DNA from: Gemmatimonadales bacterium
GTDB taxonomy: Bacteria > Gemmatimonadota > Gemmatimonadetes > Gemmatimonadales > GWC2-71-9
Assembly (NCBI GenBank): GCA_035712285.1
Contig: DASTBA010000105.1
Coordinates: 2,927-66,926 of the forward strand
Length of the DNA: 64,000 bases
Direction of reading: 5' to 3'
The translations under genes and the position numbers were made by a program. Shown here piece by piece: positions 56,545 through 64,000 of this stretch; the first letter of the stretch is position 1, and the number at the start of each line of letters is the position of its first letter. Below the pieces are notes generated by a model, which saw only the letters and a program-made list of their open reading frames with translations, was not told where the DNA came from and did no database searches.

Positions 56545-57801
56545 GTGGAAACGGTCCGGCTGGACGAGGGGCTGTTCCGGAGCACTGCGCCCAATGGGCT
56601 GGTGGTGCTGTCGGAGCAGCTCCCGTGGCTCCGGTCCACGGCGATCGGCGTCTGGGTCGGCACCGCCAGCGCGCACGAGGCCCGAGACAAGATGGGCCTG
56701 TCGCACCTGCTGGAGCACATGGTGTTCAAGGGCACCGAGCGGCGCAGCGCCCGGCAGATCGCCCTCGAGCTCGAGGTGCGGGGCGGCAGCCTGGACGCCT
56801 ACACCGGCCGTGACAACACCAGCTTCCAGGCGCACGTGCTGGATGCCGACCTCCCCCTCGCCGTGGACATCCTCACCGATCTCGTCCGCCGGCCGCTCCT
56901 GCGTCCCCAGGACCTCGACGCCGAGCGGCGGGTGGTCATCGAGGAGATCAGCGGCGTGGAGGATACGCCGGACGACCTGGTCTTCGACCTGCACGCCGGC
57001 ACGCTCTGGTCTCCTCATCCGTACGGCTATTCGATCCTCGGCTCCCGCGAGTCGGTCTCCGCCCTTCAGGTCTCCGACCTCCGCGCGCTCCACGAGGGGG
57101 CGTATTTCACCGGCAACTGCGTGATCGCGGCGGCGGGCAACCTGGAGCACGAGGAGCTGCTCGCCGGGCTGGAACGCGAGGGCTGGTTCACCGGGCGGGA
57201 GTCACGCGCGGCGCTGGATCCGGTGACGCCCGCGCCGGCACGGCGCGGCGTCGAGCGGTGGGAAGGGCGGGACACCTCCCAGTGCCACATCGTCTTCGGC
57301 ACCGATACCTTCCCCGCGCGCGATCCGCGCCGCTTTGCGCTGGCGATCCTCGCCAACGTGTTCGGCGGCGGGATGTCGAGCCGGCTGTTCCAGCGGGTCC
57401 GGGAGGAGCTGGGACTGGCCTACGCCGTCTATGCCTATCACCAGCTCTTCCAGTCGGGCGGCCAGCTGGGCGTCTACGTGGGCACCCAGCCGGAGTCGGC
57501 GGATGCGGCGTGCGATGCCATTCGGGCCGAGTTCGATCGCATGGCCACCGGCTCGCTCTCGCCGGATGAGCTCGCGCACGGGAAGGTCCAGCTCAAGGGG
57601 CAGATCATGCTGGCGCTGGAGAGCCCGATCAGCCGGATGAGCCGGCTCGCGTCCAGCGAGCGGATGGAGGAGCGGTACCGGCCGCTCGACGAGGTGCTGG
57701 GCCTCGTGGATGCGGTCACGGCGGAGGATGTGGCGGCGGCCGCGGCCGAGTTCTTTCCCAGCGAGCGCCAGACGGTGCTTCGGCTCGGTCCGGCGGCGTG
57801 A
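56545..57801 (+). CDS. M16-family zinc peptidase (pitrilysin/insulinase-like)
   Basis: The inverted zinc motif HxxEH appears in GLSHLLEHMVFKGTERRSA. 418 aa. An M16 peptidase after pnp is a common arrangement. Confidence 0.85.
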   Translation: METVRLDEGLFRSTAPNGLVVLSEQLPWLRSTAIGVWVGTASAHEARDKMGLSHLLEHMVFKGTERRSARQIALELEVRGGSLDAYTGRDNTSFQAHVLDADLPLAVDILTDLVRRPLLRPQDLDAERRVVIEEISGVEDTPDDLVFDLHAGTLWSPHPYGYSILGSRESVSALQVSDLRALHEGAYFTGNCVIAAAGNLEHEELLAGLEREGWFTGRESRAALDPVTPAPARRGVERWEGRDTSQCHIVFGTDTFPARDPRRFALAILANVFGGGMSSRLFQRVREELGLAYAVYAYHQLFQSGGQLGVYVGTQPESADAACDAIRAEFDRMATGSLSPDELAHGKVQLKGQIMLALESPISRMSRLASSERMEERYRPLDEVLGLVDAVTAEDVAAAAAEFFPSERQTVLRLGPAA

Positions 57802-57841
57802 CGTCAGGGGCAGGTTCACTTCAACAGGTGGCGAATTCGCG

Positions 57842-58954
57842 ATGATTATCGGCGTGCCGAAGGAAATCAAGACCAACGAGAATCGTGTGGCGCTGGTGCC
57901 GGCTGGAGCGGAGGCCCTGGCCGGGGCCGGTCACAAGGTGGTGGTGGAGACCGGGGCGGGCGAGGGCAGCGGCTTTGCCGATGCCGCCTATACCGCCGTG
58001 GGCGCCACCATCGTTCCCGACGCCGACGCGGTCTGGAAGCAGGCCGACATGATCACCAAGGTGAAGGAGCCGATCGCGGTCGAGTGGCCCCGGATGCGGA
58101 AGGGCCAGCTGATCTACACCTACTTCCACTTTGCCGCCTCGGAGGAATTGACGAAGGCGGTGGTGGATTCCGGCGCGGTCGCGCTGGCCTACGAGACGGT
58201 GGAGCTCGCGTCCGGGGAACTCCCGCTGCTCACGCCGATGTCCGAGGTGGCCGGCCGCATGGCGGTGCAGGAGGGGGCCAAGTACCTGGAGAAGCACTAC
58301 GGCGGCAGCGGCATCCTGCTGGGCGGGGTGCCGGGCGTGGCGCCGGCCGAGGTGCTGGTGATCGGCGGCGGCGTCGTCGGGATCAACGCGGCCAAGATGG
58401 CCGCCGGACTCGGTGCGCACGTCACCATTCTCGACGTCTCGCTGCCGCGCCTTCGCTATCTGGCGGATGTGCTCCCGGCCAATGTGGATACCCTCTACTC
58501 CAACCGCCACAACATTCTCGACTGCCTGCGCCGGGCCGACCTGCTGGTGGGCGCGGTACTCCTGCCGGGCGCCAAGGCGCCCCACCTGGTCAAGCGCGCC
58601 GACCTCAAGCTGATGAAGCCCGGGTCGGTCATCGTGGACGTCGCCGTGGACCAGGGTGGCTGCGTGGAGACGATCAAGCCGACCACGCACGAGCAGCCGA
58701 CCTACTTCGTGGACGGCATCCTGCATTACGCCGTGGCCAACATGCCCGGCGGCGTGCCGCGCACCTCCACCCTGGCACTCACCAATGCCACGCTGCCCTA
58801 CGCGCTCCGGCTGGCGCGGGACGGATGGAAGAAGGCCTGCGCCGCCGATCCGGCCCTGCGGCTCGGGCTCAACGTCGTGGACGGCAAGGTGGTCTACCCC
58901 GGTGTCGCCGAGGCGTTCGGGATGTCGCTGACGGACGTCAAGACGGTCCTGTAG
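57842..58954 (+). CDS. ald: Alanine dehydrogenase
   Basis: [20 protein letters not shown] and the Rossmann motif [17 protein letters not shown] 57842 lies within track ORF 57710-58954. Confidence 0.9.
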   Translation: MIIGVPKEIKTNENRVALVPAGAEALAGAGHKVVVETGAGEGSGFADAAYTAVGATIVPDADAVWKQADMITKVKEPIAVEWPRMRKGQLIYTYFHFAASEELTKAVVDSGAVALAYETVELASGELPLLTPMSEVAGRMAVQEGAKYLEKHYGGSGILLGGVPGVAPAEVLVIGGGVVGINAAKMAAGLGAHVTILDVSLPRLRYLADVLPANVDTLYSNRHNILDCLRRADLLVGAVLLPGAKAPHLVKRADLKLMKPGSVIVDVAVDQGGCVETIKPTTHEQPTYFVDGILHYAVANMPGGVPRTSTLALTNATLPYALRLARDGWKKACAADPALRLGLNVVDGKVVYPGVAEAFGMSLTDVKTVL

Positions 58955-58956
58955 GC

Positions 58957-59415
58957 GTGGAGGTCATCCCGGTCACGGTCGCTGTCCGCCGCCTGCCCCA
59001 TGGGGCAGGGCTGCCCCTGCCGACGTATGCGACGGCGGGGGCCGCCGGCATGGACCTGGCCAGCGCCGAAGATGCGGTCCTTGCCCCGTTCGAGCGGCGG
59101 CTCTTCCCGACCGGCTTCGCCATCGCGCTGCCGGAGGGGTACGAGGCCCAGATCCGGCCGCGCTCCGGCCTCGCCTACCGGAACGGCATCACCCTGCCCA
59201 ACAGCCCGGCCACGATCGACTCGGATTATCGTGGCGAACTGAAGGTGGCACTGGTCAACCTTGGTCCGGAGCCGTTCCGGGTGGAGCGGGGGATGCGGAT
59301 TGCCCAGATGGTGGTGGCTCCGGTGGCGCAGGTTTCCCTGGCCGAATGTGACGAACTGCCCGGTTCGGAGCGGGGCGACGGCGGATTCGGCAGCACCGGG
59401 CTGGGCCAGCGGTAA
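58957..59415 (+). CDS. dut: dUTP diphosphatase
   Basis: [21 protein letters not shown] and GFGSTG. GTG 58957 lies 2 nt after the ald stop. Confidence 0.9.
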   Translation: MEVIPVTVAVRRLPHGAGLPLPTYATAGAAGMDLASAEDAVLAPFERRLFPTGFAIALPEGYEAQIRPRSGLAYRNGITLPNSPATIDSDYRGELKVALVNLGPEPFRVERGMRIAQMVVAPVAQVSLAECDELPGSERGDGGFGSTGLGQR

Positions 59416-59497
59416 TCGTCGCCTTGTACGGCCATACTGGTGCTTGTAGCTTAGGTCGGCTCCGGTCCTCCCCGGTCTCTGACGCGGCGTTTCCTCG

Positions 59498-60535
59498 ATG
59501 AAACTCGGTGCGCTCAAGTTCTCCTCGCTGCTTCCCGCCAACGAGATCGCGGTGGATCTCGGCACGGCCAATACCCTGGTGTACGTCAAGGGCGAGGGGA
59601 TCGTGCTCAACGAGCCCTCGGTAGTGGCCATCGAGAAGGGCAGCGGGCGCATCCGGGGCATCGGCCTCGAGGCCAAGCGGATGCTGGGGCGGACACCCGA
59701 GGGGATCATCGCGGTGCGGCCGCTCAAGGACGGCGTGATCGCCGATTTTGACGTCACCGAGAAGATGCTGCGGTACTTCCTGAAGCTCATCATCGACAAG
59801 CATTTCTTCCGGGTGAAGCCCAAGGTGATCGTCTGCGTGCCGTCGGGCATTACCGAAGTGGAACGCCGGGCGGTCCGGGACTCCGCGGAGACGGCGGGGG
59901 CCAAGCAGGTCTTCATGGTGGCCGAACCGATGGCCGCGGCCATCGGGGTGGGGCTGCCGGTCGAGACTCCCACCGGCAACATGGTCATTGACATCGGCGG
60001 CGGCACCACGGAGATCGCCGTCATCGCGCTGTCCGGCATCGTGTCCGATACCAGCATCCGCGTGGGCGGGGACGAGCTGGACCAGGCCATCGTGCAGTTC
60101 ATGCGCAAGAACTACAACCTGCTGGTGGGCGAGCCCACCGCAGAGCAGATCAAGATCAAGATCGGCTCGGCGGCGCCGACCGGTGACGAGCGCGAGATGG
60201 AAGTGAAGGGCCGGGATCTCGTCTCCGGCATCCCGAAGACCGTCCGGGTCCACTCGTCCGAGATCCGGGAGGCGGTGCAGGAACCGGTGCAGGCGATCGT
60301 GGACGCGGTGCGCCGCGCGCTCGAGATCACCCCGCCGGAGCTGGCCAGCGACATCGTGGACCGGGGCATCGTCATGACCGGGGGCGGCGCGCTGATCCGC
60401 GGGCTCGACATCCTGCTCGCGCAGGAAACCGGCCTCCCCATTCACGTGGACGAAGACCCGCTCACCTGCGTGGTGCGCGGCACCGGCCGCATCCTCGACG
60501 AGCACGACAAGTACAAGAGCGTGCTGCAGGTCTAG
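59498..60535 (+). CDS. mreB: Rod shape-determining protein MreB
   Basis: [39 protein letters not shown] and [14 protein letters not shown]. Confidence 0.95.
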   Translation: MKLGALKFSSLLPANEIAVDLGTANTLVYVKGEGIVLNEPSVVAIEKGSGRIRGIGLEAKRMLGRTPEGIIAVRPLKDGVIADFDVTEKMLRYFLKLIIDKHFFRVKPKVIVCVPSGITEVERRAVRDSAETAGAKQVFMVAEPMAAAIGVGLPVETPTGNMVIDIGGGTTEIAVIALSGIVSDTSIRVGGDELDQAIVQFMRKNYNLLVGEPTAEQIKIKIGSAAPTGDEREMEVKGRDLVSGIPKTVRVHSSEIREAVQEPVQAIVDAVRRALEITPPELASDIVDRGIVMTGGGALIRGLDILLAQETGLPIHVDEDPLTCVVRGTGRILDEHDKYKSVLQV

Positions 60536-61548
60536 TGATGTTCCGCGCGTCGGACCGGTCCTTCTCCCGGCGCGATACCGTGGCGCTCATCTCCTGCGCC
60601 ACGGTTTCCATCGTCTTTCTCATGCTCTCCGGCCCGTCGGGCCAGGCGGTCAGCGGCCTGCTCCGGCGCACGGCATTGGCCCCCCTGGTCTGGCTCCAGA
60701 CGCAGGCGGAGCTGGGCCGCACCGGGCGGGCTCGCTTCCAGGCGGTCACCGCCGAGCGGGACTCCGCCGCGCTCACGGCCCAGGCGGTGCCGGTGCTCCG
60801 GGCCGAGAACTCCCGTCTCCGTGACCTGCTGGCGCTCTCGCGCCGGCTGAGCACGCGGTTCGTGGCGGGCGAGGTGCTGCACCAGAGCATTGCCAGCGAC
60901 GGGCGCATGCTGCTCATCAACATCGGGACGCGGGAGGGGGTGGCGCCGTTCCAGCCGGTGGTGGCGCCGGAAGGACTGATCGGCGCCGTGGCCGGGGTGA
61001 CATCCGGGACGGCCACGGTCCTGACCTGGGCACATCCCGACTTCCGCGTGAGCGCGTACGCCGCCGGCGGCAAGGTGGTGGGCATGGTGGCACCCTCCAG
61101 CTCGGGGAGCGCGAGCGAGGCGTCGCTGGAGTTTCGGGCGGCCAGTTACCGGGACACCCTGCAGCCGGGCACCCTGATCCTCTCCTCGGGGCTGGGTGGC
61201 GTGTATCCCAAGGGCATTCCGGTCGGCACCGTGACCGGCGTGGCCCGGGAACAGATGGGCTGGGAGCGGATCTACGCGCTCCGGCCGGCGGCGAACCCGA
61301 GCTCGGTGGCGCACCTTATCGTGCTCACCTCCACGGCCGATTCGAACCTCACGACGGTGTTTCCTTCGGACTCGATCCTCGACGCGATGCGGGCCGATTC
61401 GCTGCGGCGCCAGGCCACGGCGGACTCGCTCCTGCGGGTGCGGCTGGGTGACTCGGTCCGGGCCTGGCTCCGCGACTCGGCGCAGCGGGCCGCGACGGCG
61501 GCCCCGGCCCCACCGCGCCTGCCCCGCGACACGAGCGCGGCCCCATGA
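60535..61548 (+). CDS. mreC: Rod shape-determining protein MreC
   Basis: An N-terminal TM helix, a coiled-coil stretch (RAENSRLRDLLAL) and beta-rich domains with GLGGVYPKGIPVGTV. GTG 60535 overlaps the mreB stop by 1 nt; the alternative start is ATG 60538. Confidence 0.85.
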   Translation: MMFRASDRSFSRRDTVALISCATVSIVFLMLSGPSGQAVSGLLRRTALAPLVWLQTQAELGRTGRARFQAVTAERDSAALTAQAVPVLRAENSRLRDLLALSRRLSTRFVAGEVLHQSIASDGRMLLINIGTREGVAPFQPVVAPEGLIGAVAGVTSGTATVLTWAHPDFRVSAYAAGGKVVGMVAPSSSGSASEASLEFRAASYRDTLQPGTLILSSGLGGVYPKGIPVGTVTGVAREQMGWERIYALRPAANPSSVAHLIVLTSTADSNLTTVFPSDSILDAMRADSLRRQATADSLLRVRLGDSVRAWLRDSAQRAATAAPAPPRLPRDTSAAP

Positions 61549-62042
61549 CCTTCTCCCGCGCCAACCGGCTGGCGGTGACCGTCCTGGTCGTGGTGCTCCT
61601 GCTGCTGCAGTACTTCGTGCGGCCGAGGTTCTGGGATGGGGCGAGCGCGCCGGACTTCCTGCTCATCCTGCTCGTGATGGTGGCGTCATCGGTCCGGCCG
61701 GGCGCCGGTGCCATCACCGGCTTCCTGACCGGGGTCGTGGCGGATGCCATGACGCCGGCGGAGATGGGGGCCGCCATGCTGGCGCACACGGTGATCGGCT
61801 ACCTGGCGTCGTGGGCACGGGCCGTGTTCTTCGCCGAGAACTACCTGGTGCATGCGGGACTGTTCTTCGGCGGGTGCTGGCTCCGCAACCTGCTGGTGCT
61901 GCTCTTCTCCGGCACGTCGTTCGGCGAGTTCGTGCATGTGGCGGTCACCACCGGACTGTTGCAGGCCGTCACGACGGCGGTGGCGGGAACCTTCGTCGTC
62001 TTCGTGACGCGCGAGTGGTTCGACGTGCGGCTGGAGGCGTGA
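61545..62042 (+). CDS. mreD: Rod shape-determining protein MreD
   Basis: 165-aa polytopic membrane protein in the canonical mreBCD position. ATGA overlap with mreC. Confidence 0.75.
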   Translation: MTFSRANRLAVTVLVVVLLLLQYFVRPRFWDGASAPDFLLILLVMVASSVRPGAGAITGFLTGVVADAMTPAEMGAAMLAHTVIGYLASWARAVFFAENYLVHAGLFFGGCWLRNLLVLLFSGTSFGEFVHVAVTTGLLQAVTTAVAGTFVVFVTREWFDVRLEA

Positions 62043-62046
62043 CGCG

Positions 62047-63942
62047 GTGAACGGCTTCGACTCCTATCAGGTCCGCCGCCGGGCCATCGGCGCCCGGTGG
62101 GTGCTCTCGGGCGCGTTCGCCCTCCTGATCGGCGCCTTCTTCCGCACCCAGATCATCCAGCACGACAAGTACCAGCTGCGGGCGGAAACCAACCGGCTGC
62201 GCGCCATTCCGCTGGAGCCGCCGCGGGGCGAGATCCTGGACCGGAACGGCGAGACCATCGCCGAGAACCTGCCGGGCTTTGCCGTGAAGCTCTTCGCGGC
62301 GTCGCGGGACAGCCTGCGGGCGGTGCTGGCGCGCTTCGCGGAGGTGGAGCCGATCGACAGCGCCGCGAGGGACGACATCGAGCGGCGCTGGGAGGCGGCA
62401 CGCTACCAGCCGGTGGTCGTGTACGGCGACGCGACGTTCGAGACGGTGTCACGGCTGGAGGAGCGCCGCCCGCTCCTGCCGGGACTCATCATCCAGTCCG
62501 AACCCAAGCGGTACTACCCGTACGGCAGAGCCGTGGCACACCTGGTGGGCTACGTGGGCGAGGTGACCGAGCGGGACCTCGCCGCCAACCGCTACCCCGG
62601 TGCCGATCCCGGATCCATTGTCGGCAAGTCGGGGCTGGAACGCGAGTACGACAGTATCGTCCGCGGCACCGCCGGCGTCCGCTACGTCGAGGTGAATGCC
62701 CGCGGCCGCCTGGTGCGCGAGGACATCGCCTCCGCCATGCTTCCGCCGGTGCCGGGGAAGCCGCTGGTGACGACCATCGATCTCCCGCTGCAGCGGTTCA
62801 TCGACAGCATCTGGCCGGCCGGGGTGCGCGGCGCCATGGTGGCGATGACGCCGGACGGGCAGATCCGGGCGCTCTATTCCGCGCCGTCGTACGATCCCAA
62901 CCTGTTCGTGGGCGGCATCTCCTCGGCGGACTGGAGCAGCCTCAGCACCGACGTGGACAAGCCGCTGCTCAACCGCGCGATCAACGGCGGGTACCCGCCG
63001 GCCTCCCCGTTCAAGCTGGCCACGGCGGCGATGGCCCTGAAGCGCGGGCTGATCGATCTGCACAGCCACATGCCCCAGCCCTGTACCGGGGGCTTCCGGC
63101 TGGGCAACCGGATCTTCCGCTGCTGGAAGAAGGATGGCCACGGTTCGCTGGACCTGATCGGCGCGGTGGCGCAGAGCTGCGACGTCTATTTCTACCAGCT
63201 CGGGCTCAAGATCGGGCTCGACAACATGCTGGCCGATGGCGTCGCCATGGGATTCGCGGGCCGGAGCGGGGTGGACCTGCCCAGCGAGCAGGCGTCGCTC
63301 TATCCAGCGAGCTACGCCTATTTCGACAAGCACTACGGTGCCCGTAACTGGAGCCCGCCGGCCACTACCCTCAACTTCTCGATCGGGCAGGGGGAAAACA
63401 CCCAGACGCTGATCAACATGGTCCAGTTCTATGCCGCGCTGGCCGGCGACGGCATCGAGACCCCTCCGTACCTTGTGCGGCCCGACACCAGTGTGCCCAA
63501 GCACAATCTCGGCCTCACCGCGGATGAACTCGACGGCCTCCGGCGGGCGCTCATCGCGGTGCTGGAGCGGGGTACCGGTGCGCGTTCGCGGCAGGAGGGG
63601 ATCCTGATCGCGGGGAAGACCGGCACCGCCCAGAATTCCCATGGCAAGGACCACGGCTGGTTCATCGGCTTCGCGCCGGCGGAGAAGCCGGTGCTGGTCG
63701 TGGGCGCCATCATGGAAGCCGCCGAGCATGGTTCGGTGGTCGGGCCCTATGTGAGCAAGGTGCTCGCGCGCTACATCCTCGGGCCGGACACGACCAGGGC
63801 GCAGGTGGACACTCCCTCGCCCAGGGTCTTCCCGGGCGACAGTGCACCGCTGCCGATCGAGATCACCGACAGCGGGGGGCGGCGCGTGGTGGCGCCGACG
63901 AGCGCCCCGCCGGACACCGTGCCCGTCGAGCCGCCGCGATGA
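62047..63942 (+). CDS. mrdA: Penicillin-binding protein 2 (elongasome transpeptidase)
   Basis: An N-terminal TM helix and PBP dimer domain, then the transpeptidase motifs SxxK (ASPFKLATA) and KTGTA (AGKTGTAQ). Follows mreD. Confidence 0.9.
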   Translation: MNGFDSYQVRRRAIGARWVLSGAFALLIGAFFRTQIIQHDKYQLRAETNRLRAIPLEPPRGEILDRNGETIAENLPGFAVKLFAASRDSLRAVLARFAEVEPIDSAARDDIERRWEAARYQPVVVYGDATFETVSRLEERRPLLPGLIIQSEPKRYYPYGRAVAHLVGYVGEVTERDLAANRYPGADPGSIVGKSGLEREYDSIVRGTAGVRYVEVNARGRLVREDIASAMLPPVPGKPLVTTIDLPLQRFIDSIWPAGVRGAMVAMTPDGQIRALYSAPSYDPNLFVGGISSADWSSLSTDVDKPLLNRAINGGYPPASPFKLATAAMALKRGLIDLHSHMPQPCTGGFRLGNRIFRCWKKDGHGSLDLIGAVAQSCDVYFYQLGLKIGLDNMLADGVAMGFAGRSGVDLPSEQASLYPASYAYFDKHYGARNWSPPATTLNFSIGQGENTQTLINMVQFYAALAGDGIETPPYLVRPDTSVPKHNLGLTADELDGLRRALIAVLERGTGARSRQEGILIAGKTGTAQNSHGKDHGWFIGFAPAEKPVLVVGAIMEAAEHGSVVGPYVSKVLARYILGPDTTRAQVDTPSPRVFPGDSAPLPIEITDSGGRRVVAPTSAPPDTVPVEPPR

Positions 63943-64000
63943 CCGCCGGCCGCGTGGACCGGCCGCTGGCCTTCGCTGCGGTCGCCCTCATCATCTACGG
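63939..64000 (+). CDS. rodA: Probable RodA (SEDS family), 3' end cut by the window edge
   Basis: ATG 63939 overlaps the mrdA stop (ATGA). Only MTAGRVDRPLAFAAVALIIY is visible, so the call rests on mreBCD-mrdA-rodA synteny. Confidence 0.55.
   Translation, partial: MTAGRVDRPLAFAAVALIIY

Noticed and set aside
59424-59452. A candidate mreB promoter TTGTAC-N17-TAGCTT. Weak candidates were also noted upstream of rpsO (54009-54040) and tRNA-Leu (TATATT 27864-27869).
   Set aside because: Each matches the consensus at only about half of the positions and has no supporting feature. They are too weak to list as features.

Overview
This is a very GC-rich bacterial chromosomal segment, roughly two-thirds to 70% G+C by eye. 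I had no homology search or folding tools. All calls rest on reading motifs in the supplied translations, checking start and stop contexts in the DNA, and conserved gene order.

The window is overwhelmingly conserved housekeeping DNA. I call about 64 CDS and one tRNA. Nearly all lie on the + strand and are packed very tightly, with 26 stop/start overlaps on the + strand. Recognisable blocks, in order:
- dnaG-recJ-rsmD-coaD-pta
- a STAS / RsbW-like kinase / GAF-PP2C partner-switching trio, then rsmA
- rex, an arginine-deiminase-like gene, a DEDDh exonuclease and an MBL hydrolase
- infC-rpmI-rplT-pheST, a coiled-coil gene, zapA, rny, folD
- xseAB-ispA-dxs-nadK-recN-galK and tRNA-Leu(UAA)
- aroA-cmk-rpsA
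- an interrupted acyl-CoA carboxylase cluster
- rplM-rpsI, rpsB-tsf-pyrH-frr-uppS-cdsA-dxr-rseP, rpsO-pnp-M16 peptidase, ald-dut, and mreBCD-mrdA-rodA

Only two minus-strand blocks exist. One is GH15 plus an OtsA-OtsB fusion. The other is a response regulator, a membrane protein and a prepilin-like gene. Both sit in the one mildly accessory-looking stretch, 27.9-35.9 kb.

I saw no rRNA, CRISPR array, transposase, integrase or prophage signature. I found no convincing wholly new multi-gene system. The most notable observations are:
- a perfect Rex operator in front of rex and an odd downstream operon
- a terminator-containing leader and a non-canonical start for infC
- three first-in-operon genes with a TAnnnT hexamer exactly 6 nt before the ATG, the pattern expected for leaderless mRNAs
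- a tandem 8-mer array upstream of pccB
- a biotin carboxylase and its carrier protein split by an rRNA methyltransferase gene
- an orphan response regulator / membrane protein / pseudopilin operon

The many long antisense ORFs in the track are treated as GC-composition artefacts.
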